A stretch of 40,464 nucleotides of DNA from a virus. Lineage: Duplodnaviria > Caudoviricetes. A program made the position numbers and the translations under genes. The first letter of the stretch is position 1; every line of letters begins with the position of its first letter. Location: the IMG/VR virus record IMGVR_UViG_3300024265_000115, positions 1 through 40,464 of that record. One strand, 5' to 3'. Below the pieces are notes generated by a model. It was not told the DNA's origin, did no database searches, and was given only the letters and a program-made list of their open reading frames with translations. Positions 10,095 to 18,889 of the stretch are shown piece after piece.

Positions 10095-10132
10095 TACAGT
10101 ATCAAGAACGCAGTATTTAGGAGAAAAGAACA

Positions 10133-10639
10133 ATGAAGACGATGATTGCAGCACTGGCAATTGTGCTACTGATGACAGTAGTAACGAGTGCGAATGACTT
10201 GACAAGCTGGACGTTATGGAGTCGGGATGCGGATAATTCCGTCGAGCAGCGAATCGGCCTGGATACCGACCCGGTGGAGTTCGGTGTCCTGGGGCGATGG
10301 TGGCCTATTGATTCTGCGCCACAAGTTGCCGGCGGATATGTATTCCTGCATCTACCACAGCCGATAGAAGTCGATAACCCCTTCAAAGACTTGATCCCCG
10401 GCTTACCCGATACGTTCCTGGGCTACGCCTACGGCGGCGGTAGCTTTGGTATCGACCTTCTGGACGGGAATACCCAGAAAGGCTTCTCAGCGTGGCAGGC
10501 GGGCGTCCTGGTAAGCGGTGAGGAGAACACTGACGTCGCCTTGATCTTTGAGTGGGCCCGCTATGACTACAAGGACAATCTCGGCGCCGCCCGTGAAGAT
10601 GAGGATGTACTCAGTTTCGGGCTAAGGATTAAGTTCTAA
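10133..10639 (+). CDS. Putative small outer-membrane beta-barrel protein (moron)
   Basis: Signal peptide, alternating hydrophobic beta-strands, C-terminal SFGLRIKF ending in Phe; AGGAG RBS. Confidence 0.6.
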   Translation: MKTMIAALAIVLLMTVVTSANDLTSWTLWSRDADNSVEQRIGLDTDPVEFGVLGRWWPIDSAPQVAGGYVFLHLPQPIEVDNPFKDLIPGLPDTFLGYAYGGGSFGIDLLDGNTQKGFSAWQAGVLVSGEENTDVALIFEWARYDYKDNLGAAREDEDVLSFGLRIKF

Positions 10640-10804
10640 TGACTGGTCCAAATCCCGGGATAACATGGCCCCAACTCATCTGGGGGTTGTTCAAGAGCTA
10701 CGTCAAAGATATTTTTCGGTGGCTCAAGAAGTGAGCTTTTCAATTGGCCGGCACCGTTCTTTCGATTCCTTTCGTTCCGGTGCCGGCCGCGCTTATTTGC
10801 CTTT

Positions 10805-10984
10805 CTACAGAGGACATCCAGCGTCCTCGTAAATTTCTTGCATGACTTCACGCGGAGAATCGCCGTCGCGCCATTGTTCTGTCCAATCACAATCTCCCAA
10901 TAGCCATGTTACTTTTGCCTTTCGGGCCATTCGCCTCAATTCAGATAGCCACGCTTTGTATTTCGGGTCCAATTTCTTGCTCAT
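10805..10984 (-). CDS. Hypothetical protein, 59 aa (not in ORF track)
   Basis: MSKKLDPKYKAW...; TAATG coupling to the upstream gene. Confidence 0.55.
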   Translation of the reverse strand: MSKKLDPKYKAWLSELRRMARKAKVTWLLGDCDWTEQWRDGDSPREVMQEIYEDAGCPL

Positions 10985-11226
10985 TATGATCCTTTCTCAG
11001 CCCGCCCGGCTATTGCAGCCCTCATCTGAGGCTCAATCACTTCTCTTTCGGTTGTATAGGGACGATTACAATTCGGGCATGGCCTGTGTCGGCGATTCCA
11101 TGACCAATCACCCATAACGTACTGAACACCTTTTGAGTCTCGAACAAGCCGGTGGGGATATTTCCCGTTTTGGCGGTACCATGCGACTTCTCTTTGTGCC
11201 GACTCCTCGTATGTCATTTCAATCAT
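10984..11226 (-). CDS. Hypothetical protein with zinc-ribbon-like motif
   Basis: RRHRPCPNCNRPYTTERE resembles the NrdR-type ribbon knuckle. Confidence 0.5.
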   Translation of the reverse strand: MIEMTYEESAQREVAWYRQNGKYPHRLVRDSKGVQYVMGDWSWNRRHRPCPNCNRPYTTEREVIEPQMRAAIAGRAEKGS

Positions 11227-11229
11227 TCT

Positions 11230-11412
11230 TCAAGTCCGGTTGATAAATTCACGCAGGCCCGCAACTTCTTTACGCAGTTCGCTTATCTCTTCGCCTTGAA
11301 CTTGGAGTTGGTCTTTCAATCGCACAACCGTCTTCCTAAGTCTCGCCGCACGCTTCTTGTACCGGAATGCTTCGGCTATGGCATTGTCTATACTGTCGTG
11401 AACTTGTCGCAT
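11230..11412 (-). CDS. Hypothetical coiled-coil protein
   Basis: AAGGAA RBS; operon packing. Confidence 0.55.
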   Translation of the reverse strand: MRQVHDSIDNAIAEAFRYKKRAARLRKTVVRLKDQLQVQGEEISELRKEVAGLREFINRT

Positions 11413-11483
11413 ATTCCTTTCCCCAGCCCGCCCGGCTCCACTGTCCGTCCTTGGCTACCGGGCAGGCGGCTCCGTACCCGTAC

Positions 11484-11726
11484 TCAGCAATTCATTACGT
11501 TTGCTTTGGGAAATAATAGCGGCCACAAATCGTCGGTGTCACAATACCCCTTGCCGTGATATATCACGTTGTCAATCTCATTGCCGTTTTCATCTTCGGC
11601 AGGTCCAGACATAACATGGCTACAGTCATTGTCCATGACGATTGTCAGGTTGGCGTCGTCAACTTCCCCTGATTGCACTGCTTCATGTAGCTCTTTTAGT
11701 GTCTTGTATACTTTCATTCTTTGCAT
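11484..11726 (-). CDS. Hypothetical protein
   Basis: AAAGGA RBS; acidic ORF within the operon. Confidence 0.6.
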   Translation of the reverse strand: MQRMKVYKTLKELHEAVQSGEVDDANLTIVMDNDCSHVMSGPAEDENGNEIDNVIYHGKGYCDTDDLWPLLFPKANVMNC

Positions 11727-11745
11727 CCTTTCGCCCGTGAGGGCT

Positions 11746-12237
11746 CTAAATAAATGGTAACATTCCTTTGAGGTTCTTCAAGCAGACCCTCATATCAATC
11801 ACTCTTTCGCAGTACTTGTTCACTAATCGTCGCCCGTTGGCGTTCTGCTTCGTGAACGACACCAATATCAAATGGATAGGCTCCGGCCGCTCCTTATTCC
11901 ATTTACGGCACTTGCTGCGAGTAGGGCCGTCGAGAAAGCCTTTGACCTCCTCGATGTGAACTCGCCCACTGGGGCCTGTAATCCAGAAATCTGGCAGGTA
12001 ACTGCGAGGGGCGCGGGCATCGTCATCGAATTCAATTCGCTGTAGCTCATACCCCCAGTCACGAATATAGGCATCTTCTTTTGGGTCCAGTTCCTTGCGA
12101 AACTGGCAGTACAGTGCCCAATTGTATTCCGCTTTCGATCTAAACTTGATGCTCTTACCGTCGAACGTGCCCCACGTCGGCTGATTGCCATACTTCTTCT
12201 GTAGGGGCGGTTCGTTAAATCCCATCATCTGAGCCAT
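11746..12237 (-). CDS. PD-(D/E)XK endonuclease (DUF1064-like, possible resolvase)
   Basis: FRSKAE...YLPDF...EEVKG motifs. Confidence 0.75.
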   Translation of the reverse strand: MAQMMGFNEPPLQKKYGNQPTWGTFDGKSIKFRSKAEYNWALYCQFRKELDPKEDAYIRDWGYELQRIEFDDDARAPRSYLPDFWITGPSGRVHIEEVKGFLDGPTRSKCRKWNKERPEPIHLILVSFTKQNANGRRLVNKYCERVIDMRVCLKNLKGMLPFI

Positions 12238-12345
12238 TCTATTTTTCCTTCAAAATATCCGTAAACTTGAACATCTTATCGCCTACTTCGATTCCTTCCT
12301 CGGCGAAATCCACCGAGTCTTGTTCGGTCGCCATGCACGATTCGA

Positions 12346-12441
12346 TTAACCCGAGCGTTTCCGCCCAATCTTGAACGTCTGCGCCCCTTCATCAGCAGCC
12401 TTCGCCATTGCGGCGGTGAATAGAATTCCCTTGTCTTTCAT
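12346..12441 (-). pseudogene. Truncated N-terminus of a common phage ASCH-like protein
   Basis: MKDKGILFTAAMAKAADEG resembles the MKExPILFSxxMVRAILEGRKT start; stops after 31 aa; ATGA-coupled to the DUF5131 gene. Confidence 0.4.
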
Positions 12442-13322
12442 TTCGGCATTCTCCTAACTCTCAGGCACTTAGGCCATTCTTCTGGTTTTGTGCTGACTTT
12501 ATTATTCAGGACTCCGGGTGGACAGAGGTCCGTGGTGTCGATCTGCTTGACGTAGCAATGGACTCCGGCTTGCTGGCACTGGTTGACGATGCTCTCGATC
12601 CATTCGATCTTGCAGGGGCGGCGGTTCGGGCCGGACTCGCAGCCGGTGATAATTGAGTCCAGCGTTGGGAATATCTCGGCGTGGGTGCCACATTCAACGC
12701 AGTACTCCCTTTTGCCCCGCGAAAGCAACCGATTCGATTCTGTGTGATGCCACGCCTTTTCACACTTGCATTTGTACGCCCGCCCACCACAATAAGGAAT
12801 GATGTCAACCGACTTCAGCAGCGGCTCGAGCGAAAGCCCCCGCACCTGCACGGGGATCTTCAAGAGAATCGGCACAGCCTCGTCAACTTCGGCCTGTGTG
12901 GACGCTGAGAAGTACAGGTGGATGTTGGGGAGGACGTCAAGGTTCTGGAAATACTCCAAGGCCCGGCCCCATCGCTTCGTAAATAAGAGATACGTATGCC
13001 TTTGCGTGGCTTCAATGGTGCTGAACATCTTGTCAATGAACTCGAACGGCACATCCTTGTGCCAAGTATCCGACATCGAGTTCACGAAGATCGTCCGGGG
13101 CTTGCGCCAGCGAAGGGGCTGCTTTAACCTATCAGGTAAAAGCTGGACCGTCGAGAACGGTTTGGCGTATTGCGCGGGCAACTGCTTTCCTTTTGCGTAG
13201 GCAACATGCCGTTGCGTATGAAGGCGCTCACTCCAACAGAACATACAGCCCTGCTTGATCTTCGTACAGCCAACGCACACGTTTAGGACTTCATCGCAAT
13301 ATGGGATTCCTGTTGCCATCAT
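12438..13322 (-). CDS. Phage Gp37/Gp68 family protein (DUF5131)
   Basis: GCTKIKQGCMFCWS, IFVNSMSD, LFTKR, SLEPLL, GCESG, YVKQ motifs. Confidence 0.9.
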   Translation of the reverse strand: MMATGIPYCDEVLNVCVGCTKIKQGCMFCWSERLHTQRHVAYAKGKQLPAQYAKPFSTVQLLPDRLKQPLRWRKPRTIFVNSMSDTWHKDVPFEFIDKMFSTIEATQRHTYLLFTKRWGRALEYFQNLDVLPNIHLYFSASTQAEVDEAVPILLKIPVQVRGLSLEPLLKSVDIIPYCGGRAYKCKCEKAWHHTESNRLLSRGKREYCVECGTHAEIFPTLDSIITGCESGPNRRPCKIEWIESIVNQCQQAGVHCYVKQIDTTDLCPPGVLNNKVSTKPEEWPKCLRVRRMPK

Positions 13323-13582
13323 TCTCCTTTCAGAGCTTTTTCAATAAATGCCAAGATATATCCTTGACGTGTACCTATGCAAGTGTCTCCACTTTTCTGC
13401 CATTCTAATATGTAGTCGCGAAGTGTCTTCAGAGCGTCGTCCTTGGCCTTGAGTTGTTTGGCTTGTCGATTGAGTTGCTGTTCGCACTCTTCAAGAAGGA
13501 CTTTTAGCCCGGCTACGTCATTGTTGTCGTACTTATACCCGCCGTCAGTCAAGTCTACTGCCTTGTCTATTCTCGCTCTCAT
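13319..13582 (-). CDS. Hypothetical protein
   Basis: Tightly coupled ORF in the operon. Confidence 0.6.
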   Translation of the reverse strand: MRARIDKAVDLTDGGYKYDNNDVAGLKVLLEECEQQLNRQAKQLKAKDDALKTLRDYILEWQKSGDTCIGTRQGYILAFIEKALKGE

Positions 13583-13583
13583 G

Positions 13584-14054
13584 TTATTTCCTCAAACTTG
13601 AATCGGGTTCAGTAACCCAATCGTATTCGCCTTTGTATATCGGCTTCTCTACGGGTTGCCCTTCCATATCCTTGTCGTGCAGGTGCAGTACTGAGCCTTT
13701 GATAAGCTTAGTCATTGTCGTCCGGCCCTTCTTTGTGTGCGACAGAGAACTTATAGATGGAATGATGCGGCATACCTCATTGCCCACAGCAACGTATCGA
13801 CGAGCAAAATGTTCCGGTACGACCTGTACCTTCAAACGTGACTCCCACCAATCTGTAGAGTCGCCTGAGTGCTTCGATAGTGCGGGCAATAATATACCTT
13901 TCCACCATGCTATCTGGCAATGCGTGATGTACTTCTCAGGCTCAAATACCTCAATGCCGCCGCCGTACTCTACCTCGGCAAGTATCTCATCCATCGGCTT
14001 CTCGAACGTCCTTGTGCCGTCAGGTAGTATGTTGACTAAGGGGTAGGTTGGCAT
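13584..14054 (-). CDS. NinB/Orf-like recombination protein
   Basis: T..Q.AWWKG.LLP.LS..SG......RLK...PSISSLS...M..LI pattern. Confidence 0.5.
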   Translation of the reverse strand: MPTYPLVNILPDGTRTFEKPMDEILAEVEYGGGIEVFEPEKYITHCQIAWWKGILLPALSKHSGDSTDWWESRLKVQVVPEHFARRYVAVGNEVCRIIPSISSLSHTKKGRTTMTKLIKGSVLHLHDKDMEGQPVEKPIYKGEYDWVTEPDSSLRK

Positions 14055-14560
14055 GGTAAATATTCCTCAAATACTTTGCTCCATCCACACGTACAGTCCT
14101 TCTTAGGGTCAGCGGCTTGGTCGCACCTAAAAGAGTGCCTACCGTGCAAGCCAAGTAGCATCTGCAACTTCTTGTTCTCGGCGCATAGCTCTTTTACTCG
14201 ATCAATCTGCTTGTCCGCAATCATCGAGAATCCAGATAGTCTACTTTCAGGAGACAGTCCGTTCACGGTCATCTTCTTAATACGAGACTCTAACTTCTCA
14301 TTCTCGGCTTGGAGTTCGGCGATGATATTCAATCTATCGCACTCCAATACTAATGGGCAATTGTCGTGAACGCTACAATCTGGTTCCGTCCATTCTTTCA
14401 AAAGAGCTTCCTTATCTAGCGTTCCGCAATCACCAACAATTATATCCGCACTCCCGCAGTTGCCACAGCATGATTTATCATCTTTCAGTGACAATCGTAA
14501 TTGATGGCACTTCTTGCAAAAGTACTCGCTCTTCTTACAATTGATATAGATTTCATCCAT
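14036..14560 (-). CDS. Hypothetical Zn-finger plus coiled-coil protein
   Basis: CKKC/CGNC, LQAENEKL, C-terminal H..C...CTCG; AAGGAG RBS. Confidence 0.6.
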   Translation of the reverse strand: MDEIYINCKKSEYFCKKCHQLRLSLKDDKSCCGNCGSADIIVGDCGTLDKEALLKEWTEPDCSVHDNCPLVLECDRLNIIAELQAENEKLESRIKKMTVNGLSPESRLSGFSMIADKQIDRVKELCAENKKLQMLLGLHGRHSFRCDQAADPKKDCTCGWSKVFEEYLPCQPTP

Positions 14561-14577
14561 CTTTCTTACTCCTTAAA

Positions 14578-14690
14578 AAGCCGAAGAGGCATAGCTCGGT
14601 AGAGTTATCTATCAACTGCTAGGGCTGACGTAACACTCGTTTTGCTTTCGCTTTACTGACTGGCTACCAGCCGTCTATGCTCAAAACGGT
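14578..14690 (-). ncRNA. Putative structured intergenic RNA
   Basis: Nested stems GCATAG/CTATGC and GGTAG/CTACC, plus a GC-GAAA-GC tetraloop hairpin. Confidence 0.35.
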
Positions 14691-14691
14691 T

Positions 14692-15189
14692 TTAACCTTC
14701 TTGGCCCGGTTCTCTTCGCGGTGGTGCAGGCTCTCTCATTGCCTTGTCAAATGCGTCCTCCGGCGGAGTTGGGTCGAACTCAGGCGGTGGTTCCCAACCG
14801 GCATCTGGTGCTAGTGCCGGTTGGGAGCCTACGACATGGCCTCTCTTGGCTGGATTGAAATTTGGTACAGCCTTAGCCCTAATCCTGATACCGCCCGTTA
14901 TCCTACCGCCAAAGCTGATAGTCGGGTCACGATAGAGAACGACTTCCTTACCCATCCACTGATCGAAGTCGTCAGTGCCAAGAATGGACTCGACTAAAGA
15001 ACCATTGGTGAAATTCATTACCAGCGGCTTGTCAAGTTCTCTGAATTTGAAAATGTATTTCGGGTCGGCATTCTCGCCGTCTTGAGCTACATTTTCTTCC
15101 CTGTAGGCTTGAAAGGTTACTACTACTGGTGGTTCAACATCATGCTGTGTGAGGTACTTTGAATTTTTTAGGTCATGTACTGATGGCAT
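14692..15189 (-). CDS. Putative ssDNA-binding/annealing protein
   Basis: SKYL...KPLVMNxTN...W.GK.V.LY.D....FGG...GGIRIR pattern with acidic Pro-rich tail; AAGGAG RBS before MPSVHD. Confidence 0.55.
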   Translation of the reverse strand: MPSVHDLKNSKYLTQHDVEPPVVVTFQAYREENVAQDGENADPKYIFKFRELDKPLVMNFTNGSLVESILGTDDFDQWMGKEVVLYRDPTISFGGRITGGIRIRAKAVPNFNPAKRGHVVGSQPALAPDAGWEPPPEFDPTPPEDAFDKAMREPAPPRREPGQEG

Positions 15190-15269
15190 TTCTTTCTCCT
15201 TGTTTAGTTCTTGTTTCAGTTTCACTTTGTTCTGGTTCTTTTGCTAGGGCCAATTCATGTACTTCTCCT

Positions 15270-16145
15270 TTAATAGTTTACGGTTACGTTCGGTACTTTC
15301 CCGTTAATCATATCACATATTAACGCCTTTGCAGATGCTTCTGAAACACATTTGCCTAGTATGGTCTCTAATATCTTATTGTTAACGTCTTTCCGATGAG
15401 CTTCATTATTTATCCGCTCCGTCTCTCTGAACTCTGTTTCTTCGGCGAGCTTCTTCTCTTTGGCCTCCAAGCTGGCCAAGTGCGCTGATAGTGCGGCAGC
15501 TTCGGCGGCGGCTTTATCCTTCTCTCTTTGGACGTCGGCGATGCGGCGATTCTCGGCGGCTACCTTGGCCTCTTCAAAGCTTACTAGGGCGTCTATGGCA
15601 GCTTGCTTACTAGTCTCTTCGGCTTTCTTTTTGGCTTCCTCGGCGATGGCTTTTTCACGTTCTACCCGTGCAATCTCTTCCTTCTCTTTCTCCAACTTCT
15701 CCCGCTCTATCCTGACAGCCTCTTCCCTAGCTTCCAGTTCAGCTTGCCGTTCGGCTTCCATCCGTTCCTCTTCGGCCTTGATCTTAGCCTCCTCTTCGGC
15801 TTTCTTCTTAGCGGAGGCGTCCTCGATGAGCTTGATCGGGGCGTATTTCTCTTCTATCTGCTTCGCAACCTTTTGTAGCAAGTCTTTTTCCTTGCCGTAC
15901 ATCGCCCTCGTGAACTTTAGGGCTTCTGCCTTACCTAACTTCCCGGCCTGCTTAATGAGAGGGTTGAGTTTGTTAAGATTCTGGAATATCCAACTTTTAG
16001 ATTCCGTGATATCTTTCGGTGTGTCGTAGCATAATACAATATTGGCGCACCGCTCCATTGCAGCGTCCACGGCTGCGCTCACTTTGTCGTAGACTTGAAG
16101 TTCAACTTCCATTTCTACTACTTCTGATTCAGCTATCGTGTCCAT
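15270..16145 (-). CDS. Coiled-coil phage protein
   Basis: E/K/A/R-rich core; C-terminal HRK.VNN...GKVPNVTVNY. Confidence 0.7.
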   Translation of the reverse strand: MDTIAESEVVEMEVELQVYDKVSAAVDAAMERCANIVLCYDTPKDITESKSWIFQNLNKLNPLIKQAGKLGKAEALKFTRAMYGKEKDLLQKVAKQIEEKYAPIKLIEDASAKKKAEEEAKIKAEEERMEAERQAELEAREEAVRIEREKLEKEKEEIARVEREKAIAEEAKKKAEETSKQAAIDALVSFEEAKVAAENRRIADVQREKDKAAAEAAALSAHLASLEAKEKKLAEETEFRETERINNEAHRKDVNNKILETILGKCVSEASAKALICDMINGKVPNVTVNY

Positions 16146-16264
16146 TTTCTAAAGCTCCTTTCACAATACTTGCAAGCCGTTCTGTTTCTCCCAGGGTTGG
16201 TTGTGGATATATTTTACACACAAAATGATCGCGGGTCCCTCGAACCTTTAGGAACACAGCCCCT

Positions 16265-16573
16265 TTATGTTTGTTGCTTCGGATCAGTTGTATGTCCATT
16301 CTCAATCTCCCTTCTGGCTGTCATTCGTTTCTTGTATGCGAAGGATACGGGATTCTTTCGCTTTTCGGCACGTTCTCGGGCAGCTTCCAGGTATCCCGGT
16401 ACTGGTGCTATCCCACCACCTGGAGTAATCATCATCGGCACACTGCCCCCACCTGGACATGCCAGGTAGTCACCCGTCCTCTGGGCGTGGCTCTGGCTCT
16501 CGTGGCGGCTGTCCTGCTGTGCTTTCGTTCTCGGTTGTGGGTGCATTTTTCTTCTCCTCTGGTCTAAGGGCAT
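16265..16573 (-). CDS. Hypothetical protein
   Basis: ORF on operon strand; start uncertain. Confidence 0.45.
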   Translation of the reverse strand: MPLDQRRRKMHPQPRTKAQQDSRHESQSHAQRTGDYLACPGGGSVPMMITPGGGIAPVPGYLEAARERAEKRKNPVSFAYKKRMTARREIENGHTTDPKQQT

Positions 16574-16618
16574 CGAAAGCCCATTCCATTATTCTTTCGT
16601 GCATCGCTTCGCACTTGC

Positions 16619-17206
16619 TCATTTCTTCACCTTGACGAAGCGAGCAAACGGCTTGTGGCCTTTGTCAAAGGCTTCGGCTACTACTTCTGTGCCGTTGACC
16701 CTATATTCATTATGCGATGTAGCGAACCAACCTCTAAAAGTGTGATCTCGGCATACGCCATCTATAAACATTATTGACGTTGATGGAGCTTTCGTTTCTA
16801 TTTGTAATGATCCACCTCTATTCACAACCGCAATATCAAGGTACTCCGGCTCCGGCTCCCAGTCGGGCTTGAGGATGTAGGTGAAATGTTGCTTGAAGTG
16901 TCCATTGCCTTGTCGTAATATTAGCCAATCGGCGGTATCGGATAAAAATAAGCATCCCTCCAACTTCGCCTGTTGTATGAAAATGCTTTGCTCTTTTTCA
17001 CTAAGTAACGCAAATGGCTGCGCCAACTCCGGCTTTTTCAGCTTCTCGATCAGTGCTTGCTCATTCATGGCAATCTCCTTTGGGTCAAGGCCAATATCTT
17101 TACACGGTCGGTAATCCCTAGAATGTACACTGTGCTTGTTACACCAAAATTCCGCATCACTGGGGACGGGCCGTTCGTAAAACTGACAGTCTTTACAGGT
17201 TTTCAT
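16619..17206 (-). CDS. Hypothetical protein
   Basis: AAGGAG RBS; N-terminal CxxC motif. Confidence 0.6.
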   Translation of the reverse strand: MKTCKDCQFYERPVPSDAEFWCNKHSVHSRDYRPCKDIGLDPKEIAMNEQALIEKLKKPELAQPFALLSEKEQSIFIQQAKLEGCLFLSDTADWLILRQGNGHFKQHFTYILKPDWEPEPEYLDIAVVNRGGSLQIETKAPSTSIMFIDGVCRDHTFRGWFATSHNEYRVNGTEVVAEAFDKGHKPFARFVKVKK

Positions 17207-17298
17207 GGCTTCTCCTTAATATTGGCCCAGCCTGCCTTCCTGGCGGTAGCGCTTGTTTTAATCGCTCTCTCGTCCTTGTACGGGCCGGGCCAGTGGAT

Positions 17299-17706
17299 CT
17301 ATTCACTGGGAAATTGGACAGAAAATCTCCAGTGATTTTTGGTGGCTTCACTAAGCCCATCAACACACGCAGCTACAACCTTACTTGACGTCTTCTTTGT
17401 TTGTAGCTGCCGGAGAAATTCTTTCTCCAATTCTGCCTGCTTGGATTCGGCCCATTGTTGCACTGCTTGCGTAGCAGCGTCCCTAATAAGCTTTTTACAT
17501 AAGGCTTCTATGTACGTATACTTATTGTCGCTATCGTACTTAGAGCGATTGCAATTCTGATCCACTCTACAAGTAAGCGCAGCAGATACTACTTGCTCGA
17601 CAACTGTTCGCTCAGAAGACAATGCCTCCGCAATAGCAGTTTGCACTTTTGTCTCAATTATACCCTTAATCAAATCTTCTGAAATCTTAATGTCGACTGT
17701 GTCCAT
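17299..17706 (-). CDS. Hypothetical protein
   Basis: GGAG RBS; helical 135-aa ORF. Confidence 0.65.
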   Translation of the reverse strand: MDTVDIKISEDLIKGIIETKVQTAIAEALSSERTVVEQVVSAALTCRVDQNCNRSKYDSDNKYTYIEALCKKLIRDAATQAVQQWAESKQAELEKEFLRQLQTKKTSSKVVAACVDGLSEATKNHWRFSVQFPSE

Positions 17707-17738
17707 CTGTCATTCTCCGGTTCTAAGGTTTCAATATT

Positions 17739-17798
17739 GCGAGCGGACGTCCATGCCCTACCCTGGTGGGTGGCCATCCTACATATTGGCCGGCTCGC
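17739..17798 (-). ncRNA. Putative four-way-junction small RNA
   Basis: GCGAGC/GCTCGC closing stem enclosing GGCCA/TGGCC, ACCC/GGGT and GGGC/GTCC hairpins. Confidence 0.4.
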
Positions 17799-17901
17799 GT
17801 TGTTTGTATCGGACGGCGGTTTGACTGAAAACGGGGAAGTACCGCCGCCCTTTGGTTTAGTAGCCCATATCACACCATCCTTTCTGTTGCAATGTACGGA
17901 C

Positions 17902-17974
17902 TGGGTCCGGCGGGTCTCGAACCCGCACCCACACCGTTATAAGCGATGCGCTCTACCAATTGAGCTACGGACCC
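17902..17974 (-). tRNA. tRNA-Ile, anticodon UAU
   Basis: GGGTCCG-TA-GCTC AATTGGTA GAGC-G-CATCG CT TAT AA CGGTG-TGGGT-GCGGG TTCGAGA CCCGC-CGGACCC-A; full cloverleaf, discriminator A, no encoded CCA. Confidence 0.92.
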
Positions 17975-18039
17975 TAAAAGCCAGCCTCTCAGCAGTGAGC
18001 GTCAATGCCGACTTTCGTATAGGAGGTTCTTGGTAAAAA

Positions 18040-18175
18040 GTAGATTGAAAGACGGGCAGGATTCGGACACCTGCGAAGTTCGGATTTAACTACCTGCGAC
18101 ATTGGTTAACAGGTTAGCCGCCGTCATGTTCCACACATGAGCGTTACTCATCTACGCCGCCGCCTTCCAATCTAC
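18040..18175 (-). ncRNA. tRNA-like RNA with extended acceptor stem and long extra arm
   Basis: 16-bp terminal stem (2 G-U), D-like arm GCGT/ACGC, TCATG/CATGA arm, extra arm, T-like arm GCAGG-TGTCCGAAT-CCTGC. Confidence 0.6.
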
Positions 18176-18182
18176 GTAAAAC

Positions 18183-18253
18183 TATAGGGACGGACACCCG
18201 ATCATAAGCCGGACTGCATGGCTACTTCGCCACCGATAAAGCCCGCCCCTACA
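18183..18253 (-). ncRNA. Putative three-way-junction RNA
   Basis: TGTAGGGGCGGGC/GTCCGTCCCTATA stem enclosing the GTGGC-GAAGTA-GCCAT hairpin and a second hairpin. Confidence 0.45.
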
Positions 18254-18299
18254 CTTTTGATTATTAACTTGTCATAAAGAGCTTTACTGCCGTGCGGGT

Positions 18300-18446
18300 C
18301 TATTCAGGGTCCGCTCCGTGCGGTGATCCGGTCTCGCGTATACATGGCTTGCACAATCGCGGATGTCCCGGCTCTTGCTCATCTACGACCGTTCCGCATC
18401 GCTCGCAAAGATACCCTTCAATCATCATGTCTGCTACTTCGCCCAT
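18300..18446 (-). CDS. Small Zn-finger protein, MGEVADM family (not in ORF track)
   Basis: MGEVADMMIEGYLCERCG...GHPRLCKPC, 48 aa; TGATG coupling. Confidence 0.75.
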   Translation of the reverse strand: MGEVADMMIEGYLCERCGTVVDEQEPGHPRLCKPCIRETGSPHGADPE

Positions 18447-18889
18447 CATTCCGCTCCCTTCTCTAGTGGTGGGACTATTTCGTGGCCAGTTGTATCGTAC
18501 TTAGACAAGGCTGCAATCTTTGAATGCGTTCCATATTGAGTTGTCACTACCCATGTTAATTCCTGTTCGTCCCAAGATACCTCACGACACTCGTCGGTTG
18601 TGCATCCTTGTATCAGGTCCCCGCCCTGCATCGCCCCCTTACTGCCGAAGATTTTGTCTCCGTGCCTATCGAGTCGGCCTGTGAACTCGGCTGCGGTCTC
18701 GATGGCGATTTCGATTAGTCCGCTCTTGATGCAATAATCACCCGAGCACCTTGTTTCCTCGATGGAACAACGAGCGCTATCGAATATGAAATATTGATCT
18801 TCATACTTATCATAAAGAAGCGACCCCTCCACTAGATTGCCAGGCGTTCGTTCTGCTATGGGTAGGGCTTTGGGGTAGGCTCTTATCAT
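18446..18889 (-). CDS. YopX-like protein
   Basis: VEGSL...ETAAEFTGRLDRHGDKIF..GDLI motif. Confidence 0.6.
   Translation of the reverse strand: MIRAYPKALPIAERTPGNLVEGSLLYDKYEDQYFIFDSARCSIEETRCSGDYCIKSGLIEIAIETAAEFTGRLDRHGDKIFGSKGAMQGGDLIQGCTTDECREVSWDEQELTWVVTTQYGTHSKIAALSKYDTTGHEIVPPLEKGAE

Noticed and set aside
17862-17901. Possible theta (HDV-like) ribozyme 3' of tRNA-Ile
   Set aside because: A 7-bp GTCCGTA/TATGGGC stem starts right after the tRNA, but there is no P3/L3 TCC element or nested pseudoknot; it looks like a plain hairpin
17980-18035. Possible hammerhead ribozyme (CGAAA and CTGCTGA on the minus strand)
   Set aside because: The core is CTGCTGA rather than CTGATGA, and there is no UH cleavage site or stem I
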